DNA of 64,000 nucleotides from Nitrospirales bacterium (GTDB lineage Bacteria; Nitrospirota; Nitrospiria; Nitrospirales; UBA8639): NCBI GenBank assembly GCA_965203295.1, contig CBDBCZ010000011.1, positions 256,001 to 320,000 of the forward strand, read 5' to 3'. Shown piece by piece: positions 1 to 32,700 of this stretch (position 1 is its first letter; each line of letters starts with the position of its first letter). The notes under the pieces were generated by a model. It saw only the letters and a program-made list of their open reading frames with translations, ran no database searches and was not told where the DNA came from. The position numbers and the translations under genes were made by a program.

Positions 1-137
1 GTAATTTGTAATATTGATTGACAACTCTGCTCTTGTCCAGTAATATGTTGTCAGTGCTATAGTGCTAGTGCATCTGAACATACATGAAGTACCACTCATC
101 AGTTATAAATACTGCTTCTTCTCTTTTTTTTTTCTAG

Positions 138-236
138 GACTTCATGTTTTTTCAGCAGGAGAATGATCAGATGTACAGAGAGGACTGGGGAATTCCACTT
201 ATAGGAACCGTCGTAGGCCTAAGATCCCTTTTATAA
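138..236 (+). CDS. PLSCR: Last coding exon of an upstream phospholipid scramblase (PLSCR family) paralog; rest of gene outside window
   Basis: Poly-T + TAG acceptor at 136-137, then DFMFFQQENDQMYREDWGIPLIGTVVGLRSLL*. DFMFF matches the terminal exons of the two downstream scramblase genes. Confidence 0.8.
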   Translation, partial: DFMFFQQENDQMYREDWGIPLIGTVVGLRSLL

Positions 237-1363
237 ACTGCACCTCGGGAAACCATGAACAAAGTCCTACTGCCACGAACAACATAGAGAAACTTTAGTG
301 ACATTTGTTTAGGTGCATTTTAAGAGAGGTTGCTGCTCTTCTAAAACGGTTGATAAAGCAGTAAGGGGGATATGGGGTTTTGAATGGCAGCTAGGGATAG
401 CTGGTGTAAAGAAATTCAGTAGTTTGGAGAGTGGGAAATAGGCTAGATTATTAGTAGACAGCGAGTGGGAAGTGAAGTCACGTAGAGGTAGGCAGAGGAA
501 GACGTGGAGGAAAGTAATTAGTGAATTGTTGCTGCAGTTGTCAACAGTCAGGAAATATTCGCTGAAGATTACAGTGTAAATCTGTTTTAAATAATTAAGA
601 GAGTATATGAGATATAAAGACATTAATTATGAGTGAGTTTGTGCAAGTCTTTATGTAAGGAAACAGAATCTAAGAATTACTTGCAGGGGGCGGGGATCCA
701 GAAACACAATTATTGATGTTTTAAGTTTATAGGTCGATCGAGTACTAACAATATGTGGGGAGGAATGTGAAAGTGTAGTACATGTGCTCTGGGAGTGTTC
801 TGTGTATGATACCATCAAGGTATACTTTCGTGAAAGAATTATATAGACAAGCTGTTGTGGGGGGAGTTTTGAAGAGTCTATAAGAGAACAGGCTTTATTC
901 AAAGTGTGAGAATTGGGATAGGTATGACTTTAATGCTTTGTTAAGAGTTTTCTATTATTAATCTAGGATACTAAATAATACGGTGATCAGGATGGTCTAA
1001 ACATCTAGTTGCTCTTCTGATCTGAGCAAATGTGAAGGATTTGTGGAAATAGTCTGTACTGGTTTGTGGTATTTATGAATAGCTTGCTGTGCCCCCGAGC
1101 CTTCCTCCTTCCCATTCTAGCATTTGTTTTAGGTTTCGCAGCCAAACTGGGTCAGCAATCGTTTCTGCAGTCCCAATAACAAAATCTGGAATAAAATTAT
1201 AGGCAAACAGTCAAAGTTCGCGGATATGAGCGCGAGGCGCGCGCAAGGTTGAACTTTGACCTGGCTTGGGCCGCCCGCCGGCGCCCGACCGGCCAAGCGC
1301 ACCGCACGTACGTTGCATTCGTCATTCTGATTCTAGTCATTCAGTGACAGTGAAGATATCGAA

Positions 1364-14091
<12,728 letters not shown>

Positions 14092-15076
14092 AGCAGATAC
14101 TGGGTCATATTATGCAAGAGAGTAATGTATCCAGCAGGCATGTATACACAACCGTTGTTCAAACTATGTAACTGGTCATGTTTAAAACAGTACATGACAT
14201 TGTATGGTTGTAAGCATTGTATGCAAATCTCACTCTACCGAAACTATTTGCTGTATCTGGTTTGTGGTTCCCCTAATTGCTATTGCTTTCAGTTGTCTTT
14301 CATCTTCTCCAAATTTTTTTAGGACGTGGCTATTGCATGGTCAGCAGAAACGCATACATGTGAATGGGCAATGTTTGCACTAGCCTGTATCTCAGTACAG
14401 GCTGTCATAACTCAGCTTGCTCTAGACACAACGGCTAGCCTCTAGGCCCTATCCTAACCCTATAACCCTCAAGTAATAGTATTTTTTTTTAAATTAAAAG
14501 TGTTCGTAGAGCAGCCTGTATGCAGTATACTTCAGGCTATATGACTTCTAATGTTCACTACGTACATCACTGGAAGCCACGAAAGGAGGTACGGTATGGG
14601 TCTTCACTGGCTCTCTGGCCTGCAGCTTCCATCTCTCGAGGAAGAAGAAGCGGTAGTGGTCGGGAGAAGGTATACTTGTAGGCCTCAAGGACGTCTGGAG
14701 GGAAGGCAGCTTCCCTGCACCGTGTTGTTTATGGCAGTGCCTCTTAGACTACTGATGTTCAGCACAGAGAGCTAGCGTGTATATCACGGTGGTTGGTACG
14801 AACTGATACGTTGTGCTAGCCTATAGTAGTTAAACTGTCTGACTGACTATCAACCCAGGGTATAAAAGCAACCTGCTGAAGTAACTGGAACGTGGATGGA
14901 AGGAGCTGCGTTGTACGTACATGCATAGATAATATGGTACATGCATGTACGTATGCGTTTTTGGCGCGAGCATACAAAGTTGGTGGGCGTCGGCAGGAGG
15001 GGCGCGCGCAAACTTGTGGAGGCGTCCGGCCAACATATTAATTGACAGATGTGGGTGTGAAAGGCTTTATGAAGAA

Positions 15077-20925
<5,849 letters not shown>

Positions 20926-21599
20926 TTAATTACAGCAGTTTTTGGAGAGTGGTATTCACCAAGTAGTTGTACTTATGTAAAACTGACAGATCAAATTACA
21001 AACAGATACCATACTTCCAATTCCAATCTGTTCTTATTGTTAGTACATGTATTAATTATTTTTATGAGACTGCAATTGCATTCATGGTGTCCTTGGACAC
21101 ATTTTAAGGCTTGTACGTTCTACGATGCAATACAGTTGCAACCCCTCTTAATTAAAGGACACCTCTGTATTAATTAATGACACTTTACTACATGTATGTT
21201 CCAAATATGTTTACTACTGAAATGAAGACACTTCACCAGGACCCCAAGGTGTCCGGTTCCACTGTGTACAGGACACTTCACCAGGTCCCCAAGATGTCCA
21301 CAATAGAGAGGTTCCATGGCCACTGTATATTACATGTATAAAGTGATCACCTCCAGGGGTGTCAGGCTGAATAATCAACAGGGGCACACTGCCCCCCTCC
21401 CCCTCCAAATTATGATAATTATTATGATAATTAATGCTGTACAAGATAGTGTTGGGTGGTCAGCTATAGCTGTTAGCTAAAACATGCACACTAGATTCAA
21501 TCTCCACGTTATCACCGTGCCAAAAGTGAAGTTTCCTGATTTTACTACGTGCGACATAAAAGCTGGGCAGTACATGTATATAGCATTGGAACGAGGCTA

Positions 21600-22056
21600 T
21601 TATGAAGAGCCATACAAGGATTGAGGCAAATATACAGAATCTGATCCATAATACATGTACAGGGTTAATGGGAGTTCCAAGGGGCATCATGCCAATATCC
21701 TGTATGCGCTCGTGCTCGCTATCTGCATGTGGTGTGTTTGGTTTCTATATCTTCCGCGAGAGTCCCTGTCTCTGCCTGAGCTGCTGTCATGCCACGCCCC
21801 CCCCCACCACGGGGACTCCCGTCCCTAGACCTCCTCTCGTAGTAGTCTCTGGCTCTCTGTCTCGGAGGGGGCGGGGATCGCGAGGGGGACCTCCTCCCGC
21901 TGACGGGGGAACGGCTTCTACTCCTGCCTCGAGGTCTGTCTGACCTTGTCGCTGTCTTTTCCTTTGTAAACCTGTTTCATCTCGGTCGTCTGGGCCGTGT
22001 TTCGTGCGTGTACACCGGGCTTCACTTTCACTTTCAGAAACCGAGTAGCCTTTCTT
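21600..22056 (-). pseudogene. RBMX2: Degenerate inverted fragment of the RBMX2 last exon and 3' UTR
   Basis: Minus-strand KGYSVSESESEAR...DETGLQRKRQRQ matches the RBMX2 last exon at ~41140-41600; frameshifted. Confidence 0.85.
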
Positions 22057-22431
22057 CTCAGTCACTAGCTTGGCAATGGTCAGCCAGTGATATTATGCCA
22101 CTTCCAGTGATTGCATCTACTGTACATGGTTTGTATTCCTCATCTTTCAGCCTGTAACAACCAGTCACAATCATCTTTGATTTCACAGCAGATTTACATG
22201 TCATATACATGCAATGTGCTTCAGTAAAACCACACACTTTACATCATGTACAGGTATGTAATGCTGTGACTATCACTGACACACAGTAGCATGAAGCCAG
22301 GCTCCTGGCTTGGGTTTTCCAATGTGCAATAAAACAACGTTGGACAGTGGAGCCTGAGAACAAGACTAGGAACAATGTAGCATAGCTGTTGTCTACCATA
22401 TATGTATGCTGTTGCAATTTCTCCAAACAGC

Positions 22432-22585
22432 ATACATGTATGCATTTCTAGGAACAATGTAACATAGCTGTGGCTACAATACATGTATGCATTTCTAGGA
22501 ACAATGTAACATAGCTGTGGCTACAATACATGTATGCATTTCTAGGAACAATGTAACATAGCTGTGGCTACAATACATGTATGCT
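22432..22585. repeat. 47-bp tandem repeat (~3 copies)
   Basis: atacatgtatgcatttctaggaacaatgtaacatagctgtggctaca repeated. Confidence 0.8.
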
Positions 22586-23414
22586 GTTGTGCTGTTTAGA
22601 GAAATTGCAGGTGTACATACGTACACGTATGTATTGCTAGAAACATACCGCAACTCTCATCTACACTACATATACATGTATGCTGTTATGCTGTTTGGAC
22701 TCGCTGTATTTACACTTGGCAGTGTGGTTAGGACTAGATTTATAGGAACAATACAGCATAACTGTGTCTACAATACACGTATGCTGTTATGCTGTTTGGC
22801 AGGTGTACATACACGTATATATTTGAGCTAACAGCTGATTTATTACCTGCACTCACCAGGCCACAGTGGTTGTTGGCTGGTTTAGTCTGACATGGAGTGT
22901 CAGACTTGTTTTACACAAAAGCTAAGCTAGGATTAAAGCCTCGGAACAAGGCTACTACATGTACAGATTTGAATCTTCCACACTCACTAGGCCACACTGG
23001 TCAGCCCCGTGCCTCTTCCTCAACTCCTCGATGCCGGCCGTGACAGAGGGAGTGAGCAGCAGGCCACGCTGGGAGACGTAGCCTGAGGGGGGAGGGGGAG
23101 GGGGGAGGGGGGAGGGGGAGGGGGGGAGAGAAAGGGGGGAGGGAAGAGGGGGAGAGAAAGGGGGGAGGGAAGAGGGGGGAGGGAGGAGAGGGGAGAGGGG
23201 TAGGGGGAGAGGGGATTGAAGAAGGGATGTTGGGAGAGAGATCCAAAAATCTAGAAGCTATACATGCATGTGGATGTACATACTGTATAATACTCAGCAT
23301 ACCTCAATCTCCAATTAATACTGAGGTATACACACTTTTTAGGTTGGCAGAAAAGTTTATCTAAGGTCACTGTTAGGATTGTCACTATATTTCCACCCCT
23401 TTATAGCAATGAGC

Positions 23415-23830
23415 AGTGCCCATGTCGTAACATGCAACGGTGCCCACATTGATAACATGGAATGGTGCCCATGTTGTAACATGGAACAGCACACATGCTA
23501 ATTGCATGAAACAGTACCCATGCCATAACACGAAACGTTCCACATTATGGCATGGATGCTGTTTCCAGTTAAGGCACAGTTCCATGTTATGGCATGGGCT
23601 GTGTTTCGTGATATCGCATGGGCAATATATAGCTACAGTCCATGCCATAACATGGAACAGTGCCATGCCATATCATGAAACACAATACATGCCATAACAT
23701 GGAACACAGCCCATACCATAGCATGGAACACAGCCCATACCATGACATGGAACACAGCCCATGCCATAACATGGAACACAGCCCATACCATGACATGGAA
23801 CACAGCCCATACCATAACATGGAAAACTAT
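23415..23830. repeat. 24-bp minisatellite (CATGGAACACAGCCCATGCCATAA), with a second array at 26370-26668
   Basis: Direct inspection; it generates the spurious repetitive ORFs in the track. Confidence 0.85.
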
Positions 23831-24287
23831 GGGGTGCCATAGTCTAGTGCCCAGACCGTCGCTCCTCCCCCTCATTTTAACGGGCTGGTAGCTTGCTTTA
23901 AATTTCTTGTTTCTAACACCTGAGTGATCTGGAATTTTAAAGCATGAATCATATCACTGAAAACGTAATTAAACGTGTATGACGTGACCGAGCGAGCGTA
24001 AATCCAATAACAAAGCTATCACTGCACTGGCTATGGCTATTGTCGAAGACGACGACTGCTCGCAACTTTCCGGTCATCTCCAACTTGGTTTTACAGCAGT
24101 CTATACCACGCCATCTGTCCAGTAAACCAAACACTGAGTAGCTAGGCATGCTCTTACCGCCAGCTAATGCTTCAGGAATGTTGCCAACAGTCTGTATGAA
24201 GGTACAGCCTCCTTACAGATAGTACAATAAGGAGCCTTCATTCTCTGAACATTGCATTTTTGGCATGCATAACATCTTTCGATTATT

Positions 24288-24895
24288 AACACCCTCATGC
24301 TAGCAACACTCTCATGCTGGCAACACTCTCATGCTGGCAACACTCTCATGCTGGCAACACTCTCATGCTGGCAACACTCTCATGCTGGCAACACTCTCAT
24401 GCTGGCAATACCGTCATGCTGGCAACACCCTCATGCTGGCAACACCCTCATGCTGGCAACACCCTCATGCTGGCAACACCCTCATGCTGGCAACACCCTC
24501 ATGCTGGCAACACCCTCATGCTGGCAACACTCTCATGCTAGCAACACCCTCATGCTGGCAACACTCTCATGCTGGCAACACCCTCATGCTGCTGGCAACA
24601 CCCTCATGCTGGCAACACCCTCATGCTGGCAACACCCTCATGCTGGCAACACTCTCATGCTAGCAACACTCTCACGCTAGCAAGACTCTCATGCTAGCAA
24701 CACTCTCATGCTAGCAACACTCTCATGCTGGCAACACCCTCATGCTGCTGGCAACACCCTCATGCTGGCAACACCCTCATGCTGGCAACACCCTCATGCT
24801 GGCAACACTCTCATGCTAGCAACACTCTCACGCTAGCAACACTCTCACGCTAGCAAGACTCTCACGCTAGCAAGACTCTCATGCTAGCAAGACTC
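24288..24895. repeat. 17-bp minisatellite CTCATGCTGGCAACAC(T/C), ~35 copies
   Basis: Direct inspection; no unique spacers. Confidence 0.93.
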
Positions 24896-27029
24896 GCCTC
24901 TGTGAAAAGAATTTTACCAGACCCCCTTCACCGGAAGGGTGTGGGTGTCTGGGCACGACACTAAGGGGTGCCATAACATGGAGCACAATGGGGTGCCGTT
25001 TGTACCAAAATTGGGATATACATCACCATTTATATATGAGGGAGTGCATTTACAAATGAGGGTCTCCATATATATTATGAGGGGGTGCATTTATACATTA
25101 GGGTCTCCATATATATTATGAGGGGGTGCATTTACAAATGAGGGCCTCCATATATATTATGAGGGGGTGCATTTATACATTAGGGTCTCCATTTATATAA
25201 ATATAAGGGGCAACATATAAGGGCCTCCATTTATATATGAGGGGTGCATTTATATATGAGGGCCTCCATTTAAGGCCTCCATTTCATATATGAGGGGTCC
25301 ATTTATATATAAGGGGCAACATATAAAAGATAATGTATGCTACGAGTGCGTTACGTAATTCATGCCATAGTGCCATAAATTACGTAATGTATGAAGTAGC
25401 TCACATTATCTGTTTTATTGGGATGTCAGTAGCTCGAACACACTGCCTCACTACAGTTGTTGACTCTGACGTCATCGTTGCTAAGCGTATCCAGGTGATT
25501 GCTAAGCGTCGCTAATGCAGCATGAATCCGATTGGTCAATAGGCCAGCCGTTATTGAATTACTAAATTTGAACGCACGACGTAAAGTTAGCTGCTGGCTG
25601 TAGCTACAGGAACTTTTGCAGGGCATACGGTGTTTTTATTCGCTCGCAAAACAATGTGGTAAGCTACTGCTCTTTATATCAGCGTCTGTGCCTAGCCATA
25701 GCCAGGCTGCCATTCTATCGTTTTGTGCCAAATGGCGCTAGTATCAAGCTAACTGTGACTACTGAGCAACCCTTCGCGCTTGCAATAGTTGCTGGAAGAA
25801 TTTTTCTGCTTCTAGCTATGTATACGTAGTATTTAAAGCTTCTGTAAGCTGTAGTTTTGCCATTTCATGTCAAAATGAGCCCCTTATTGTTTACTGCTTT
25901 GTAAACTGTTTAGATACCACATTTGCTTGTGAAATTGCTATAATTTTGCAGCGTTCAATAATTTGCTGATATATTGCACGGCACATGACAACCTCACGAA
26001 ATATGAGTATTATACATGTAGCACAGGCAGTTTCTTTGATACGCCCACGCAAGTCACAATAAATATAAATGAGGGCCTCCACTATATACATGAAGGGGTG
26101 CATTTATATGTGAGAGACTCCATATATATATATGAGGTGGTGCATTTAGAATGAGGGCCTCCATAATATATATGAGGTGTTTAATTTAGGGCCTCCATAT
26201 ACGAGGGCACATATTTATATCTATGTCTGTATTTATAAAAGGGTACCTCCCTTTATAAATGCAGCCCATCATATAATAATAATGGTGACGTTTATCCTTG
26301 TTTTGGTACAAGTGATACGCCATAACTAGGGGTGCCGTTTGTACCAAAATTAGGATATATGTAACACACCCCATGCCATAAGTTAACATGGAACACAGCC
26401 CATGCCATAACCTGAAACACACACCATGGCATAACATGGAACAGAGCCCATGCCATAACATGGAACAGAGCCCATGCCATAACATGGAACAGAGCCCATG
26501 TCACAACATGAAACACAGCCCATGACATAACATGGAACAGAGCCCATGCCATAGCATGGAACACAGCCCATACAATAGCATGGAACACAGCCCATACCAT
26601 AGCATGGAACAGAGCCCATGCCATAACATGGAACGCAGCCCATGCCATGACATGGAACAGAGCTCATGCAGATGGTGAGAACACACTCACTCAGTGGTCT
26701 TCTCTGCTCTCTATTCTATCTCCTGCATCAGAGCCTGCATGTGTGGGGACACAAGAAGGAAGAACATGTTTTCAATTAACAGATGCTACCTGTACACATG
26801 TTTCAGGTACATGCAGACACTAAAGCATCCCGCATGTGCATATACATGTGCATATCTGCAGGAATAATTATCCTGAGTGCTGGTAGTCTCATTCTGAACC
26901 CACAATGGTAGTCTCATTCCCAAACCATGGTGATGATGGGTGGTACCGTAGGACCGGTTTTATATGCGTAGTAAAGGAGAGAGAAGGGGAGGGGAGGGGA
27001 GGGGAGGGGAGGGGAGGGGAGGAATCAAC

Positions 27030-27290
27030 AAGTTTAGCAAACACTATGTTGAATATACTAGAAATTAGCCCAACAGAATGTACAATGGCAGCGTGAGAAT
27101 CTCGAGGAAGAGACCATATTCTTCTAATAATCTGATTGAATGACACACTGAGAGTGTGCAGAGCAGGACAGTCTAGCCTCCACAGAGAGCAGTCATACAA
27201 AGAGAGAGAGTATGATTGAAGCAACCTCATCTTAGTGAAGGGCCTGTGGCTTTAAAACAATGCAGTACAGAATTGGCTTGGAAAAAAATG
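27030..27290 (-). mobile_element. Degenerate non-LTR retrotransposon fragment (region C-terminal to the RT domain)
   Basis: LLQSYSLSLYDCSLWRL...SFNQIIRRIWSLPRDSH resembles the SYCxSxYGxxLW...RRIWxLPxxxH motif of RTE-X/Proto2-like LINE ORF2 tails. Confidence 0.6.
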
Positions 27291-27330
27291 CAATTAAATA
27301 TTCGGAGATTCTCTCGGTTGGCTAGTAAAA

Positions 27331-27458
27331 TTCATCACGAAGTTTCTTCAATTCCAACTTGAAGTTTAACAGAAGTTCTTTATTTGCCGATGTCGGTTGG
27401 AAACAATTAAAGAACTTCTGCTGAACTTCGGTTGGAATTGAATAAACTTTGCAATGAA
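27331..27458. repeat. Imperfect ~50-bp-arm inverted repeat
   Basis: ttcatcacgaagtttcttcaattccaacttgaagtttaacagaagttcttta versus taaagaacttctgctgaacttcggttggaattgaataaactttgcaatgaa. Confidence 0.7.
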
Positions 27459-28917
27459 TAATTTAAAATGTCATTGTCTTACGCTGCACAGCAAGCCTGC
27501 CAGACAGGTCGTGCTGCAAAGTGGTGCCAAGGTGAAGTACCGAGTCGAACTAATGGCAAGAGTTGACCACAAAACCCAAAAGCGTGAACTGTCAGGTGAT
27601 GTACGCATGTTAGTTGTGTCTTGGAGCGGATACCATGACACTCAGCATACTCTTTATAATGTGCTATATATGGAAGCATCCGTTTATAAATGCACCACTC
27701 ATACGTAAACATTGGGCCTCATTTATAATTGCACTACCTCATATATAAATGGAGACCCTTATTTATGAATGCATATGTCTGTATTTAAAACAGGGTACTT
27801 CCAATTTATAAATGCAGCCCATCATGTAAATGGTAATGTTTATCCCAGTTTGGGTACAAAAAAGCTCCCCATACTCAAGCGTCAACAACCACAGTTCAAA
27901 ATTGTGAATCAATTTCCTCATCGTGCCTTTGAAATAAAAGCGCTCACTTACACAATCACCTACAGTTGTGAATGGGTGAGTGCCCTGCAGCACAACTGTT
28001 ATACTTCTACTGAGCAGTCCCCAGAGTCCTGCTTTGTTCAGTGACGTCTCGGCATCTACAAGAAGTCTGCGGTACTTCTGAAGAGCCGGCAACCAAGTTC
28101 ACAGTGAGTTTCATATTTCTGTCTTTGTGGAGTGCTCTATTTCTATTTCTAATTGTTAATGTGAAACGAGCAGCCATTGCAAACTGACCGTGCTATAACT
28201 GATAATTGTAAAGGTTAGCTTCCATTGACATGCATGCACTATAGTCTAGACTACCGTATAGCTGAAAAATTTGGAGATTTTAGCATAGATACTGTATTAT
28301 CTATGATTTTAGGCCATATTTCCTATGTCGTCATACAATCGCGAACTACGAAGAATGGCAGGTACGTACGTACAAGACACTTCCAGTGGGCAAGTCTGCT
28401 AAACTGTGTAGATAGTGAAACTTGGAGGAATAGCGAGGAAGTCGAATTTGGCCAACAACAGTGATCCTTCGCACATGTCCATGCCCATGCTTCGCGTAAC
28501 TTTAATAGCTACTGTGCGTGTAGGGATCCTCGACGTTACTGCTCTTATATCACTGGCAGAGCGCGGGGTCAATGTAATATCCGTGGACTCCGCAAAATAC
28601 TGCATGCAGTGCAAGATAGCACAGCCAGTCACAGCTAATATTCAGGTTGGAGGCTACTTCACCAAATAATATTCCCACCAAATTTCCGCCTTGACCGATG
28701 ACACTCACTGAATCGGGTAGCCTCCAGTGCTGCAACTTCAATTTTGTGAAGTGTATTTCGTTTGTATACACTGCATTAGACAAGGAATTTACAATTATTG
28801 TTGTGACTACAAAGCAATAGCCTAGTAATCCATAGCTAGAGGTGAATTTGTTTAACTTACAACTGTAGGCCAGTGTTTAGTCAACATAATTACCCCAGTA
28901 TACAGATCTTGTATGTG

Positions 28918-29519
<602 letters not shown>

Positions 29520-29722
29520 AAGCAAGTGTGACACTTTCAAAGTTGGCTGTTGAATAAACATATATTATTGGTGTTTTGTGTATGCTTGAAATCCACTTGA
29601 TTCATGATCAATAAGCACAACTTCTATTCCCTCATTCTAGCTCGTAACTACATGTATGCAGATACATTATTATGTCATGCTGCATAACTAGTACTATGTC
29701 TTTTTTTCCATGCAGAGCAATC

Positions 29723-32700
29723 ATGAAGTTGTTTCACTTGGTTGCTCTGTCTGCTGCTCTGAGCTTTATACTCTTGAGCTCCACTTCTAATGGAGTGGTA
29801 AGACAATCTAACATATATTAATCCGTACACTAGCGAGTTTTTTTGGAAACCAAACGTTTCGAACGCTATACAGCGGTCATCATCAGTGGTATTAGAGGAG
29901 GTGTTACGAGCTGGTTTAGAAGAGGTAGTTACTGCTGATCATTTCTACACCACAGCAACTCCAATCCTTCCTCAAGACGGCACCACATCTGAGTATTTCT
30001 AATGGCGCCAATCCAGTTACAGTGTATCGCAATGGTGGTATTGTAAGAGGAACTACAATTGAATATGAGCAAACAACTGCCTTGCAAGTTGCAAAGGACC
30101 ATGCTTCTAATGACTTGTACGTGGATGTGAATCCACAAGGTATTGATCCACAGACACTGCAAGAAACACATTTTCTGCCCTGGGCGCCAAACCGTGGGAC
30201 GTTCATACAGTTAAGCCACGCTGCATTTGGAGAATGGTTCTTCACTTCTCAACTGACTGGCTGTGAAATATGGATTGCCCACGATCGTAACCCACACACC
30301 CAGCCGTTGATCATGCACGTCAATACCCATGACTGTCAGAGTGAACGAGAAGCGGGAGAAAGGGAAGAACTGGGAAGAGCTGCTCTCAGGCGTTACAACA
30401 TACAGTATCAGCGCCACTACGAGCTGCTTCATCGCATAATGAAGGATGTCAACAGAAATCCTCTGGTCTATCCTGATCCTGCTGGTTATCTCAATGGTCT
30501 ACACGAGCGGTTTCCTCACGTACAACTGACTATCTACGATGACAGTGCACTCTTCTATGGAATGCATCGCCAGCCATACTTCTGCGAGGATGAGAACGCT
30601 GCATACTATGGAGGGTGGACTTTCCATCTCAGGAATACAGAGCAATTGCAGTTTTATAGAATGAGTGAGTCAGGTGTAGATTTTGTAACTTTACAGCACC
30701 AACATTAACAAGTGTACTTTGTGCATAACCTCACACACATGTGGCAGTCCATGTACAAATCAAAATACTTTAGTGTTACAAATTGGGTCGCATCACTGCA
30801 TTCAAACTGCTACACTATATATCTAACTTCTGATATGAGCAGCTAGGGTGATACGCAATGTGTATAGCTACATCAATAGCTACTGCATTTACACAGTGCA
30901 TTTGAGCCCTGCATGCCCTAAACATACATGTACGTTCTGAGATACAGCACTTTGACTACGAGACAGCTGCAGATTTGACTGCCACACATGTACTTTTCTG
31001 AAGATGGCTTTGGTAGATATGAAATAGTGTGCCTACTAGTACAGTACCTAATACTATGCATTTTCTAACCTTGAAATCTATTCCTACCTTAGGAGAACGA
31101 AATTCCATTGCAAGTGCACTTTGTGTAAGGAATGTATTAAAATTTACAAAGTAGCTAGAGAGCTATAGGAAGGTTAGAGTTAGGTTGGGGCTAAGGTTAG
31201 GGTAGGGCCTAGAGGCCAATTGTTGGGTTGAGCTATAGCTATGTGGTGTCAGTATCGAGACCAAAGCTAGTGCACGAGTGTGTATGCATGTACTTCCCTG
31301 TACAAATTCCTGCTAGCTCTCAAGCCACATCGTAATTTTTAATCTGATACACTTTACTCTATTCTGTTTGTTTTTTTAAGGGCTGGCTAAGATATCTGTC
31401 TAGAGGGTATATCGGTGGCAGAAAGAAACGACAAACCCAGCCCACATTATGCAACTATATGACCACTACACTCAGAAGACATGCTCAAAGCAGAAAGCTT
31501 CAACTGTCAGAGACTAGAGGTGGGTAACCCCTGTCTTAACAATTAATTTCCTTTGAAGTAAGCACAATAACACTAACTGTTTTTCATGATACTTACTGGA
31601 CGCCATAATTAGCTTGTGCCAGTAGATACATACTAGTGCTTTGTAAGTGTGATGAAATAAGTGTGCATGTTAGAGCACTCTGGCAATACTTACTTCTGTG
31701 ATGTTCTCACATTCTTGACTGTTTATATAGTCTAGGTAATATAGACACCTGAATAAAGGGTTTATCTATTTAAACTCATGGAACTGAGGAAGTGTTAATT
31801 GGGTCCAGTGTGCAGAAATGGGCGTGTACACACAACTGAAACAAGGGAAGGTTGCTTCATTCATAAGTTGGCCAAATCCTATAATCCTGTTTTCAATTTC
31901 GTCAGTTCATTAACGGGAGGTGCCATTTCCTGCACCTGGCATATACTCTATAGCAAGATTATGTATCCATTACCTAGGCCTCCAACATGTACGTACATGT
32001 GTGCTAGAATTTCAAATGGGTGCACAATATCGTCAGTTCATAATGTGCATACCTAACACTGATACTAATTTCTAATGACCCTTCTCAGAATTATCAACTA
32101 CATGCAACTATTTTTTTCCCTTACGTAGGAGTTCTTAAGGGAACTGTTCCAACTGATCAAACACTATACATTTCCGAACTTTTCCCCACCTCGTCTGGAA
32201 TTGGAGCCCCATTCAACAAACTTCCAATGGAAACTATTCAGTACACATGCAGCAGCACTGAGTTGCACATCACAACCCGAGCCATAGACACCCTTACCGT
32301 TGTGACTGGCATCCTTGAGCTAAGCAATGTCTCCATCACACTCAATGCCACTCTATCTCCCGTTGGTGTTCAGTTCTTCATGATCACAGCAAACTGGGGC
32401 ATCGGTAACGTGAATGGTCACTTTACCATTGAGGATAACCTTGAAACCAGCCAACTGCTTGTTAGAGGAGGCCCTCAAGGTACGATCAGTCTGAATTTCG
32501 AAGATATGATCAAGGCTCTCACCGGTAAACGACTTTCCCTTCCAGTAAGCTCAGTGAGCTTTAGAGATGTAGAAGTGACTGGAGCAATAGACACATATAC
32601 CAGTGGAAGTGCAACCTTCTCTATAAGTGGAAAACATGGTCGAAACAACGTAGTGCATATAGTTTTGCAAAAAGGTGTAAGTAATTCGGGGGCGAAGTAT

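Noticed and set aside
24288..24895. CRISPR-like array or repetitive ORFs (MLATLSCWQH...)
   Set aside because: Contiguous 17-bp units without unique spacers, no cas genes, eukaryotic context; the ORFs are a minisatellite artefact.
29926..29955. Exon 2 acceptor at 29928 (gaagaggtag)
   Set aside because: In frame but purine-rich; the acceptor at 29955 (catttctacaccacag) fits better and is conserved in copy 2, though 29928 cannot be fully excluded.
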